The notes beneath the pieces were generated by a model. The model did no database searches. It saw only the letters and a program-made list of their open reading frames with translations, and had not been told where the DNA came from. A stretch of 63,677 nt of DNA, filler included, from Octopus bimaculoides (Eukaryota): assembly GCF_001194135.2 (NCBI RefSeq). It is 8 parts of 7 records of this genome, joined end to end, with 100 filler letters (N's around TTAATTAATTAA, not from the genome) between each part and the next. Parts side by side here need not be neighbours in the genome. Positions count along the whole stretch, not along the records: positions 28,400 to 39,474 come from NC_068995.1; positions 39,575 to 42,430 come from NC_068993.1; positions 42,531 to 52,572 come from NC_068996.1; 5 more parts are not named here. One strand, written 5' to 3'. The position numbers and the translations under genes were made by a program. Numbering within the stretch: position 1 is the stretch's first letter; each line of letters starts with the position of its first letter. Below are positions 37,779 to 49,878 of this stretch, in pieces.

Positions 37779-38194
37779 TATGAAATGATATATATGTATA
37801 TTATGTTATTCCATTAACTCAAATTTATTATTCTTAATTTATTTGTATGTTATCAGTTGAAATAATATATTTGTGTATAAATTTTTATATTATATGTTCT
37901 ATATCTTGCATCTTACTTCTTATATATTTCTTATTCTTTTATTTATTTTATTTTTCTTGCGTTATTTTTATATCCCTTCATTCCTTATGTTTGGTGGATT
38001 ATGTTGTATTTCTTATATATGATCATTGAGGGAGTGTAGTATGTTGAGTGATTAACCTAACGTTTTTATTCTATAACTAATATTTTACTCTTGTCCCAAT
38101 TATTCTGAGCACTTATCCTTGCAGCCCTGTATAAAATCCATTAGTTTCCTAATAAGAAACTATTAATATTACATATATATATATATATATATAC

Positions 38195-38319
<125 letters not shown>

Positions 38320-38459
38320 CATATATATATACACATATATATAAATCAGCCAAACCACAATATATATGTTGTTCCACTATCACATTCTAGCATGAAGTGG
38401 ATGAACAGCAGTATGACAATACAGACATATTTCATTATCCAATCTTTTACAATATAACA

Positions 38460-38921
38460 GTAAGAGCTATCAATGACCTTCATGAATTAGTGTGCCAAGT
38501 AACATTGCTGTGTTTACTTTGCAAGTTGTCAAATCTGTGTTTTTGTGATCACATATATGCTATAGTCTGCAATTTTATCATGGATAATAAGCTGAAACAA
38601 AGAGCCAACATGAGATTTTGTGTTAAACATGTGAAGTCTGCTACAGAAACATTGAACATGCTTTGGCAAGCTTACAGTGACAAGGCAAATGGGTTGTATG
38701 CAATATTTCGAGTAGCACAGGCACTTCATATGTGGTAGCTCAGTCAAGAGCATGCTCATCGTTTTTTCCAACATCCGTGGTAATGTGCATTGAGAATTCA
38801 TCCACCAGGGCCAGACTGTCAACCGAGAGTTCTACTGCAATGTTTTGAAGCGTCTGATGGAAGACATTCTGTGAAAGAGACTGGATCTGTGGAGTGCAAA
38901 GAATTGGATTCTTTACAATGA
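38460..38921 (+). mobile_element. Internally deleted mariner relic, same family as 2575-3421
   Basis: MDNKLKQRANMRFCVKHVKSATETLNML; KSMLIVF; QGQTVNREFYCNVLKRL; [13 protein letters not shown]. Confidence 0.88.
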
Positions 38922-38930
38922 GTATATATA

Positions 38931-38974
<44 letters not shown>

Positions 38975-39195
38975 GACATACACATGCACATACACACATA
39001 TATACATACACACATGTACACATACATATCCATATGCACATATACATACTTATACATACACAACAACAGCAGCAACACATTGGATTGTAATAATGGAATA
39101 AGCAGATGTGCTTCAAGGGGAAACAGCTGGGATTTTACCCTACCTACACACATATTATAAATATATATATATATATATACAAAATATACATATAT

Positions 39196-39230
<35 letters not shown>

Positions 39231-39233
<3 letters not shown>

Positions 39234-39474
39234 GTCCACCAAGGTTCCGTCCTCAGCCCCCTCTTATTTATCATACTCCTCCAGGCAATCACAGAGGAGT
39301 TCAAGACAGGTTGCCCCTGGGAGCTCCTCTATGCTGATGACCTTGCCCTAATTGCGGAGTCACTATCAGAACTAGAGGAGAAGTTTCAGGTGTGGAAGCA
39401 AGGTCTAGAATTGAAGGGCCTTAGAGTCAACCTAGCTAAAACCAAAATCCTAATAAGTAGGAAGGTAGATAAAA
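39231..39474 (+). mobile_element. RTE-clade RT fragment
   Basis: VHQGSVLSPLLFII..ELLYADDLALIAES..GLRVNLAKTK, open across the fragment. Confidence 0.93.
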
Positions 39475-39825
39475 NNNNNNNNNNNNNNNNNNNNNNNNNN
39501 NNNNNNNNNNNNNNNNNNTTAATTAATTAANNNNNNNNNNNNNNNNNNNNNNNNNNNNNNNNNNNNNNNNNNNNATATATATATATATACAAAATGGGAC
39601 AAGAGCGCAAAACATTCAGACAGTTAGGTGATACAAAAAAGGGACAGCAAAACATCCAGATAGATGATACAAAGAAACCAAGGACGGGTCATTCGGAGTT
39701 TCTTTCCTCAGTCGAGTTCCAGATTATCTTTGCAATTTCGGCTGATACACACGCGCACGCGCACACATGTATATCATTTTTTAGTTGTTGTTTCAGTCAT
39801 CAGACTGTGGCCATGCTGGCTTTAA

Positions 39826-40213
39826 GTCACATGGTTACCAACCACATGGTTACCAACCACATGGTTACCAACCACATGGTTCTGGGTTCAGTCCCACTGC
39901 ATGGCACCTTGGGCAAGTGCCTTCTACTATAGGCCTCGGGCCGACCAAAGCCTTGTGAGTGGATTTGGTAGACGGAAACCGAAAGAAGCCCGTCGTATAT
40001 ATGTATATAAGTATGTGTGTGCATATGTTTGTATGTCTGTTTTTGTCCCTCCAACATCGCTTGACAACCGATGCTGGTGTGTTTACATCCCCGTAACTTA
40101 GTTCGGCAAAAGAGACCGATAGAATAAGTAGTAGGCTTACAAAAGAATAAGTCCTGAGGTCGATTTGCTCGACTAAAGGCGGTGCTCCAGTATGGCCGCA
40201 GTCAAATGATTGA
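39826..40213 (+). mobile_element. SINE family B with triplicated 15-bp head segment
   Basis: (CACATGGTTACCAAC)x3, then GGGTTCAGTCCC, CCTTGGGCAAGTG core and the standard tail. Confidence 0.9.
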
Positions 40214-40384
40214 NNNNNNNNNNNNNNNNNNNNNNNNNNNNNNNNNNNNNNNNNNNNNNNNNNNNNNNNNNNNNNNNNNNNNNNNNNNNNNNNNNNNNNN
40301 NNNNNNNNNNNNNNNNNNNNNNNNNNNNNNNNNNNNNNNNNNNNNNNNNNNNNNNNNNNNNNNNNNNNNNNNATATATATATAA

Positions 40385-40550
40385 ATAATGGGCTTCTTTC
40401 AGTTTCCGTTCACCAAATCCACTCACAAGGCTTTGATCGGCCTGAGGCTACAGTAGAAGGCACAGGACAAAGATGCCACGCATTGAGACCGAACTTGGAA
40501 CCATGTGGTTGGGAAGCAAACTTCTTACCCCAAAGTCATGCCTGCACCTA
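40385..40550 (-). mobile_element. SINE family B 5' half
   Basis: GGGCTTCTTTCAGTTTCCG..CCAAATCCACTCACAAGG..CCATGTGGTTGGGAAGCAA. Confidence 0.8.
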
Positions 40551-41101
40551 GCTTCGTACCACAGAGCTACGCCTACGCTATATATATGATTTAAAAAAAA
40601 TATTCCCAAGATTGCATGCAGTGAGATGAACTGAATCTGATCCCGCTTTGGTTCGAAGCAAACCGCTTAACCATAGCAGCAGTGTCGTTGATTCGCTTAA
40701 GTCTGAGCTCGTGAGAAACAACACATTTGTAGAAGTAACTAGAAACACCCAACGCGTGCGCAAATAATACCATCCCGATTAGATAAAATATGACGCCGAA
40801 GTTTTTGCATCATGCTTAAAAATATTTGTATGTGAGTTACGAATACCGGTCCACACACACAAAGAGACATGCATAAGTAAATACGTACACACACACAGAC
40901 GCGTTCACAGACACGCAAACACGCGAACGCAGAACGGAATGTCATGCCTATCAGTTTCTCGTTTTCTGTGTTTAATGGCGCCAAATGTGTGTATTTTCAA
41001 TATAATGAACTAAATGTGTTTGTCGATAAAATCTCAGATACGTATTTCATATTAGGCTATATTTAATTAATAAACAAGATTGTCTGATCGTTTATTAACG
41101 A

Positions 41102-41182
<81 letters not shown>

Positions 41183-41986
41183 GTTCAGTAGTTTTATTTT
41201 TATAACGTGCTTTCACTTCACTACCGAGCGCAGCTCTGTGTGCCTTGGGTATGTGCTGTGGCTTGCTGTGATGCTCTTATGGTTACTGTATTGAAAGTGT
41301 TTTGCGTAGGATGTGTGCAGTGCCCAGTAGTGCAATTTTCTGTATGTTATATATGTTATATGGTGTTTTTGTTATGTATTTGTCTGAATATTTTTTTATT
41401 ATACCTAAGGCACCTACTATGATAGGAATTGTTTCTGTTTTTAGATTCCACATTCGAGTTANNNNNNNNNNTTATTGTTCAGTAGTTTTATTTTTATAAC
41501 GTGCTTTCACTTCACTACCGAGCGCAGCTCTGTGTGCCTTGGGTATGTGCTGTGGCTTGCTGTGATGCTCTTATGGTTACTGTATTGAAAGTGTTTTGCG
41601 TAGGATGTGTGCAGTGCCCAGTAGTGCAATTTTCTGTATGTTATATATGTTATATGGTGTTTTTGTTATGTATTTGTCTGAATATTTTTTTATTATACCT
41701 AAGGCACCTACTATGATAGGAATTGTTTCTGTTTTTAGATTCCACATTCGAGTTACCTCTATTTCCAGGTCTCTGTATTTTGAAAGTTTTTCCATTTCTT
41801 TTAGGGAATCGTTGTCATCTGCTGGTATTGATACATCTACTAGAAAGCATTTTTTTCCTTCATGATCTTTGACAACTACATCTGGTCTATTTGCCTTAAT
41901 TTCTCTCTCTGTGTGTATTGGCATATCCCAGAGTATGGTTGCTTTCTCGTTTTCTGTGACCTTTTCTGGCGTGTGCTTATACCATC
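41183..41986 (-). mobile_element. 5'-truncated R4/Dong-type LINE inside a (TAA)n array
   Basis: Uninterrupted REL domain in ORF 41577-41924 (NRPDVVVKD..FLVDVSIP..KEMEKLSKY..IIVGALG..GTAHILRKTL). (TTA)n lies on both sides (41101-41182 and 41987-42085). 41173-41461 duplicates 41472-41761 across a 10-N gap. Confidence 0.92.
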
Positions 41987-42084
<98 letters not shown>

Positions 42085-42104
42085 CATTATATCTTATTAT
42101 TTAG

Positions 42105-42325
42105 CGTGGTGAGGTGGCAGAATCGTGACCACGCAGAACAAAATGCTTCCCCACATTTCTTCTGGCGCTTTACGTTCTGAGTTCAAATCCTGCTGGGGCC
42201 GACATTGCCTTTTATTCTTTTGAGATTGACAAAATAAGTACCTGTTGAGCACGAGGGTCGATCTAATCGACTAGACTCTTTCCCTAATATTTCAGACCTT
42301 GGAGCCTATAGTAAAAAAGATTAAT
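42105..42325 (+). mobile_element. SINE family A copy
   Basis: GTGGTGAGGTGGCAGAATCG..TTACGTTCTGAGTTCAAATCC..AAATAAGTACC..GGGTCGATCTAATCGACT. Confidence 0.85.
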
Positions 42326-42384
42326 TAATTTTAACTTTTGCGACTCCCTCTCCCTCCCTCCTCTCTCTATCTCTTCCCCCCCCC

Positions 42385-42430
<46 letters not shown>

Positions 42431-42530
42431 NNNNNNNNNNNNNNNNNNNNNNNNNNNNNNNNNNNNNNNNNNNNTTAATTAATTAANNNNNNNNNNNNNN
42501 NNNNNNNNNNNNNNNNNNNNNNNNNNNNNN

Positions 42531-43032
42531 TTTTATTTAGTGACTCCTGGGTAATATGGAGAAGGATCTCCATTTTTTTACCCACCCACTGTTGCTTTTC
42601 AGAAACATTAATTTGCAATATATCAACTTCCTCCATATCGACACATACGGCTGATGTTATCCATAGTGTGTCTACCGTGGGAGGAATATTTTTTATGATA
42701 ACCCTTGTTACCCTCTGACCAAGGTGACTCGGTATCATTGTTAATTCTTCTGTCTTAAGAGTTAGCGTTGAGAATCGTTTCGCTAACTCTTCACTTTGAA
42801 AAATAACTTGCACATGGGCAAATTTATGCCACCAAGTTACATAATCCTTATATTGCCATACAGATCTCAAGCATTTCTCGATCTTTTCCGTGCTTGCTTT
42901 TTCTGGTTTTTTTGTTTTTGAGTTTAAAATTTTATAAATAATGGTCTTTTTGTTTGTGTCTTCTAAAATGTCTTGTGGTATGTTGATCCGCACCTCGTCA
43001 TTTTCTTTCGTAAGTAAAGCCTTTGTATCTTT
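42531..43032 (-). CDS. Stop-free 167-codon frame, probable LINE ORF1 (RRM-like) fragment
   Basis: The whole contig is open (KDTKALL..QESLNK). VIFQSEELAKRF and LGQRVTRVIIKNIPPTV resemble ORF1-type RRM segments. The family assignment is by pattern only. Confidence 0.5.
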
Positions 43033-43986
43033 NNNNNNNNNNNNNNNNNNNNNNNNNNNNNNNNNNNNNNNNNNNNNNNNNNNNNNNNNNNNNNNNNNNN
43101 NNNNNNNNNNNNNNNNNNNNNNNNNNNNNNNNNNNNNNNNNNNNNNNNNNNNNNNNNNNNNNNNNNNNNNNNNNNNNNNNNNNNNNNNNNNNNNNNNNNN
43201 NNNNNNNNNNNNNNNNNNNNNNNNNNNNNNNNNNNNNNNNNNNNNNNNNNNNNNNNNNNNNNNNNNNNNNNNNNNNNNNNNNNNNNNNNNNNNNNNNNNN
43301 NNNNNNNNNNNNNNNNNNNNNNNNNNNNNNNNNNNNNNNNNNNNNNNNNNNNNNNNNNNNNNNNNNNNNNNNNNNNNNNNNNNNNNNNNNNNNNNNNNNN
43401 NNNNNNNNNNNNNNNNNNNNNNNNNNNNNNNNNNNNNNNNNNNNNNNNNNNNNNNNNNNNNNNNNNNNNNNNNNNNNNNNNNNNNNNNNNNNNNNNNNNN
43501 NNNNNNNNNNNNNNNNNNNNNNNNNNNNNNNNNNNNNNNNNNNNNNNNNNNNNNNNNNNNNNNNNNNNNNNNNNNNNNNNNNNNNNNNNNNNNNNNNNNN
43601 NNNNNNNNNNNNNNNNNNNNNNNNNNNNNNNNNNNNNNNNNNNNNNNNNNNNNNNNNNNNNNNNNNNNNNNNNNNNNNNNNNNNNNNNNNNNNNNNNNNN
43701 NNNNNNNNNNNNNNNNNNNNNGTGTGAAGGCCTAGCCATATTTCTTTTACGAAATATGGCAAATAAGCCGGAGAAAAATCAAAAACTTTTGGAAATAAAC
43801 TCCAGAAGGAGCCACTTCCTATTACAAAAACCCAATAGGGTCGAAGTGTATAGACTTATACACCTCTTCCACAAAAAATATTTTAAAACTGCAAAAGTTT
43901 TGACATATAAAAGGCCAACTTACTTGCGAGCCGATGTGACTAGCATCCGTCCAGATCAGAGATAGATAGATAGATAGATAGATATA

Positions 43987-45190
43987 CAGGCTGACTACAA
44001 AGTCATAAGAAGAATAGAAAAAAATTATTAAAATTAGAACGGAAACTAGTTACTGTTGACATGTTTACATATGAAGTAAATAGTAATACAGATTGGTAAT
44101 AAATTTCTATGTGGTTCTCATTCAATTTCTGTCTGTCTTTCTTCGTATACTTCAACAATAGTCGCATGCGGCTGTTATTCATTGCGTAGGGTATTTAGTA
44201 AGGTGTATTTTTCATATAGTATCACATGAAAAATGGGCGTTGTATCTGGGGAACGAGGTGGCCAAGGAATTAGGTTATCTCTTCCTATCCAGCTATGTGG
44301 AAAATTTCCATTTAAAAATCTACGAACGTTTATTCTCCAATGATGCAGAGCTCTATCTTGCTAAAGGATGACATTTGAATGGACCTCTTCTACTTGTGGT
44401 GCATATCCTTTAGAACATCAAGGTATCAGCTGTTATTGTCTTTTCCAAAAAGAAGAATGGGCCAGTAATTTTGTTGAACAAAATCCAGCATCACACATTG
44501 ACCTTTTGGTTGTTATGTTCGATTTCCCTAGTAATGTGGGTCTTTTTCTGATCCCCAAATTCATGTATTATGCTTAATTTTTTTTCTAGGCATATAGAAA
44601 GTTCCTCATCCGTAAAGCAAATGCAATTAATGAAGTCTTCTTCATCGATTTTTTGCAGAATTGTAACAGCAAATTCTTTTCTGAACGGTTTGTTGTTTAC
44701 CGTAATTCCTTGCAGTAGTTGAATTCTATATGTATGAGGTTTCGGATACTTATGGAACACCTTATGAATTGTTAATCTCCGTACCTATGGACTTGGATGG
44801 GGAACGTTGAAATGACTGACGGACCTTCCAATCCTTGGTTTATGTAGCGCCGTCCCCATCTCCATAAATTGCTTATACCTGTTGCAAATCGTCTTACGTG
44901 CCGGAGCTTGTGTTCCAGATTTAGCTGTGTAATTTCTTCGTGTTTGATTATCCAACTTTGTTCCGATAAATCAAGACACACATTGTACCTTTTCTTGTGG
45001 AATAGCATTGTCAGAAACATTAATTGTGTTCTGAAACATAAAAAAAACAAATAACATTAATAAAACTATTAATATCATTTAGAAAAAACACATTGATAAT
45101 ATTAATATCCAACTAAAATTTTGTTGCCACCTCTTCTAAGATCTTCACAATGACTTTTTGAAATTGTCTAAAGACTTTATATACACCCTG
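43987..45190 (-). mobile_element. Near full-length decayed DD41D-type Tc1/mariner transposon
   Basis: TA flanks at 43985-86 and 45191-92. Imperfect TIRs CAGGCTGACTACAAAGTC and CAGGGTGTATATAAAGTC. Motifs QSFQRSPSKS, CFTDE, IWGSE, GPFFF and F*QDRALHH..SWIGR..WPPRSPDTTP. Confidence 0.88.
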
Positions 45191-46639
45191 TATAATTTGC
45201 ATTTATATACATATGCACATACACATATAGATTATACTTAAACAATAGATTCGTAGCGTATTAAGAGTACGCACCATAAACCAAATCCTCTTGTGAAAAG
45301 GAATATGTAACTATAAATTTGTTCACTTGTGCATAGTGTGTATATTAAAAGTATTAAATAGTGTTATTTAAAGTAATATCATGTCGATAAGAATCAGATG
45401 TTCACCTACTGTATAATATCTTGATTGTTTCTCGTATAATTAGGAGAAAACACAGGAATCTGTAAGTCCAATTAATTGAAAACAAAATTGAACTTGAAAC
45501 AAAAAACTCGACGACCCAAACATCCTGGATAAACATGTAATTGTGAATCCTTACAATTAAAAACATTTGTTTGTTAAACTTCTAATTACACTGCATCCAT
45601 TTATTGGGACTGCAACATCTTTCAGCAAAAATTCGATAAGAAGCGTAATTAAAATATAAAATTGTTGTGATTAATTCGAATTAAGTTGAGAAATATCTTA
45701 TTCTTTAATGTGAAGTTCCATGTGTGTATGTGAGCGTTTGAATGAATGTGAACGTTTATACCGTATATGATGTAGTGTGTGTATCTGTGTTGGTGCTAGC
45801 GTGCCGTTGTACGTGAATATGTGTTTATGTATGTGAAGAGAGAAAGAGAGAGAGAGAGAGAGGGAGAGGTATTAAGAAGAATTTTAGCTCTGTTTGTTTT
45901 CCATTTTAATTGCTGGAACTATGGTCGTATCGGACATCGGTACTGGTGTAAAACGTCCATCGTGAATATACAAGGAACAAGAGAAATAACATGATATGGA
46001 AGTTGGGGAATCAATTGAAAAATAGAGGTTTAGAGCAAAACAAAAGAAAAAGATGGGGAAAAACAAGGAAACTAATTCCTTGAAACGAGAGATTATGTAA
46101 AATGGATGCAAATCCAAATAAATTGAAGAATAGTTAGACTTGTTTGCATTGTTGTTACATAAAGAAATCAAATATTGACATTTTCCTTAATGTGCTACAC
46201 TTATTTACCGTAGGACCTATTACGTACCGCCATGTACTCATTAACACTGTGCCGCTGAGATACCAACAAGTTCCGGCTGTCAATTCTTCACACAAACCCA
46301 GCAGTAGCGGAATGTTAGGGAAGGGGAGGGAAAGATTCGGGAGGAAGTCTCCAATTCTGTTTGGCCGCAGGAAAAAAAATTAAAATATTGAAATGAATTG
46401 TGATACGAAAGCATTCTCCTGCGTTTACTATATTTATGCCAGACTAAACTTAGTAATTAACGGTTTCATGCCACTGCGTCTAAGTGCAACTGATTTGACG
46501 GTTGACCTACTATTTAACAATTTAAGGAGGTACTTGTATCTAATATGATGAGGTACATCGAAACATGCCGTTGGCACACATACACGGTGCTCCAGCATGA
46601 CTGCAGCTGCATATTTGAAATGAATAAAAGAATACATAT

Positions 46640-46681
<42 letters not shown>

Positions 46682-46731
46682 CACAAATAGAGATATATAA
46701 ATTCATAGAATATTTTTAGATATCTAATATA

Positions 46732-47318
46732 CGTAGTCTGATCAATAAGTATCCGGTCTATTGCCATAGTAACGAAGCTAAAACAAGCAGAATGAAGCCG
46801 TTTGGCAAAGATTGACCTTAAACTTGTTTGTGCATGCGCACTAACTTTTATCGTTCTAGCTCACTGATTACAGCAGTCTTTGGAACGAAGGTGTGTAGCG
46901 TGTGGTCGTCATATTGTTGAGCTGAGAATGTGCATTGAATTTTACCAAAATCTTGGCGATACCTGCTCAGAGGCCTACACCAAGTTTTCAAAAAAGTGTT
47001 CATCGTTCTCAACACAATCAAGGAGATCTTGTGCAACTGAAACCCAAGTGTCTCTTTGGTCAGCTGAAAGCAGTTTTGGCACAAACTAAGCAGATACGTG
47101 TCCCATACTCAAATCTTCAGTGATAATAGATTTAACTGAACAGTAAATAATCTACATATCCTCTGATAACTCACGGATAGTGATTCAACAGCTGCACGCA
47201 CATCTACGATATTTTTCTCAGTTCTGTTGGTTGCGATTCTCCCAGAACGTTCGTCAATATTCACAATTTTCGGGCCATCTTCGAAACGTCTGAACAACTC
47301 GTACACTTGCGCAAATGA
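46732..47318. mobile_element. Mariner 5' fragment with internal inversion
   Basis: Plus strand: TA|CGTAGTCTGATCAATAAGTATCCGG TIR and ELRMCIEFYQNLGDTCSEAY. Minus strand (47318 to about 46980): AQVYELFRRFEDG..DERSGR..FVPKLLSADQR..QDLLDCVENDEHF. Confidence 0.85.
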
Positions 47319-47389
47319 TTTTGGCACCATTTAAAAATCCATCCAAGACTATCCCGTACTATCAGCCCACTACAAAAATCGAACTCGGT

Positions 47390-47625
47390 ACACATTGCAA
47401 TATTACGACAAAATTAATTTACCTCAACTTGTCCTGTTCTCTTTAATACCGTACCAAAATAAGTCGAAAAGGAAAAGGATCCAATAAAATTCAAATGTTC
47501 ACTGGACAAATTTCTTCAAAAAATCCCGCACCAGCATCTTACACACAGATGTCACCAACAATAACTCGTTAATAGAGCGGGGCCATGGCGCACCATATAT
47601 GACTAAAAGACTTCACCAGGTGGAG
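47390..47625 (+). mobile_element. CR1-like LINE 3' fragment
   Basis: FTSTCPVLFNTVPK..FKCSLDKFLQKIP resembles GP.LFN.LP..FK..LD.FL..IPD. Confidence 0.65.
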
Positions 47626-47999
47626 CTATTGAGTTATACATGACGTGGACCTATACTAGCCGAAAAATATCAAAGTTATTATACATACATATATATATAT
47701 ATATANNNNNNNNNNNNNNNNNNNNNNNNNNNNNNNNNNNNNNNNNNNNNNNNNNNNNNNNNNNNNNNNNNNNNNNNNNNNNNNNNNNNNNNNNNNNNNN
47801 NNNNNNNNNNNNNNNNNTTCTTCTTAACCCCTACTAAATATCTAACAAGATTTGTAATCATGAATGCGGCTAACCTCGCGTGTGCGTATGCTCACATTTT
47901 TGCTAATGCTTGTATGAACGAGTGTACTCGTGCCATGCAGCTTTGACACAGAACTTTGGCTAGAAACAATTAACGACAAAGTTCAAAGCCTCCGCTTAC

Positions 48000-48810
48000 A
48001 TTATATGAAACTTATATCTTGAAAGTATGTTATCCATAAAAATTCGGCTCTATCATGCAGTGGGAAAATTAATATATTAATAGTCGATTTAGTGCATCGC
48101 ATGTAGTTTTCGGGATACAGCCAGAAAGATAGGATCTGAGTGTACAGAGGGGCTAGCAAGAAATTTGAGGAGATTTTTGTCAAAGACAAAGATGGAACAC
48201 AACCTAGGTAACGTAATAAACATTGGAATCGACTATAAAGAATTAGTGATAAAACAAACAGAAAGAACACGTGGTACAATACCGAAAAGTTCCAAGGAGT
48301 AATGTTTATAGACGCCACACCACACGGAGTACTGGCCCGCAAATTTAGAAAAATCCTCAAAAGTACTAAGTTGAAGATAAATGTCATAGAAAAACCAGGG
48401 AGATCCCTTAGGTCGATAATATGCAAAACATACTCCTTCAGAAAGACAAGATGCGTAGAAGAGAATTGCATCGTGTGCAAATATAGTCTTGGTATCAACT
48501 GCAAAACCAGAAATGTAGTTTACAGAATAAGCTGTATGGATGGTGATTGTAAAAACGGAAACACGGTATACATAGGTGAAACGGCGAGAAGTTTGACTGA
48601 GCGAGTAAATGAACATTGGAGGGACTACAAGAATCACAAACAAACCTCGGTGCTATACCAGCATGCCAAAGAACAACATGGTGGTGTACTGGACCGGATT
48701 AGCATATAAATCCTGTCTACACACCCCGATGACGCATCGTTACGGCAAATACAAGAGTCGGTCCTCATAACTGAAACACGACCAATTTTGAATAGCAATT
48801 ACATGTAGAT
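48000..48810 (+). mobile_element. Penelope-like element fragment (RT thumb plus GIY-YIG)
   Basis: RM*FSGYSQKDR..TWYN..VMFIDATP; ORF 48302-48709 CVEENCIVC..NCKTRNVVYRISC..VYIGETARSLTERVNEH; then LRQIQESVLI..LNS. Confidence 0.9.
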
Positions 48811-49576
48811 AACAGCCTTACAATTACCCATGGTTTCGGATGTTATTCACACATAAAATACAGAACGTGAACGTGAAAATGAAAGGATGCATTTACGAAG
48901 AAAACAGAAAATAACAGAGAGAAAACCAAAACAAGTCCTAAGTCTCTATCTTATCTGATATGAATGAAATTTAACAAACACACATATGGATGCACATGCT
49001 TACATATAAGCACACACACATACGAGCGTGCACTCATTCACATGCTCATACAGGACAATTTCAAAACAACGCTGAATCATACATTCAAATTAAATGGAAG
49101 TGGAGAGACGGGTTACTGAAGAGATTGCAAGAGTGCAATGAAATGATTTAACAAAAAAAAAAAAAAAACTAAATACTGTTTATAAATAAATAAAGGACCG
49201 AACCAGTGCGTGTGTTTATTACCGGTATAATGCCTATCGCAAGGTTTAATAGTATTTCTTTCAACACACGTATTCACATCAAGAATCTTGAACACGAAAT
49301 ACACATACGAAATACATATATATACTTATATATAAACATATATATGCATATAAATATATGCACATATACATATATACACCGTTACATATATATACATATG
49401 CATATATATACATATATATGCCTATACATATATACATACATATATATATATACATATACTTATATATATACATGCATATATATATACATATATATACATA
49501 CATAAACATAGATATATGTATACATATATTTACATATACATTTATATACATATGTATATACATATACATAAACATT

Positions 49577-49638
<62 letters not shown>

Positions 49639-49675
49639 GGTATACAGATATATACACATATATATATATACATGT

Positions 49676-49706
<31 letters not shown>

Positions 49707-49755
49707 CATATAGGTATACAGATATATACACATATATATATATATATATACATGT

Positions 49756-49803
<48 letters not shown>

Positions 49804-49848
49804 CAGTAGACATTTGCCCAAGATACCGGTGGAACGATTATGACCGGT

Positions 49849-49878
49849 GGGGTGTATACCCCAGGCTGAGAATCACTG
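49849..49878 (-). mobile_element. Possible hAT-type terminal inverted repeat (solo end)
   Basis: The minus strand reads CAGTGATTCTCAGCCTGGGGT, similar to Charlie-type CAGTG.TTCTCAACC ends. No partner end was found. Confidence 0.35.

Noticed and set aside
39685-39725. CTGAGGA..GAA motif on the minus strand of the unclassified dispersed repeat
   Set aside because: It reads GAAT rather than GAAA, has no A15.1-U16.1 pair, and has no stem I.
41987-42325. SINE A being mobilised by the neighbouring Dong-like LINE
   Set aside because: Their sense-strand tails are opposite (ATT versus TAA/AAT) and they share no visible 3' sequence. Co-location is explained by the shared microsatellite.
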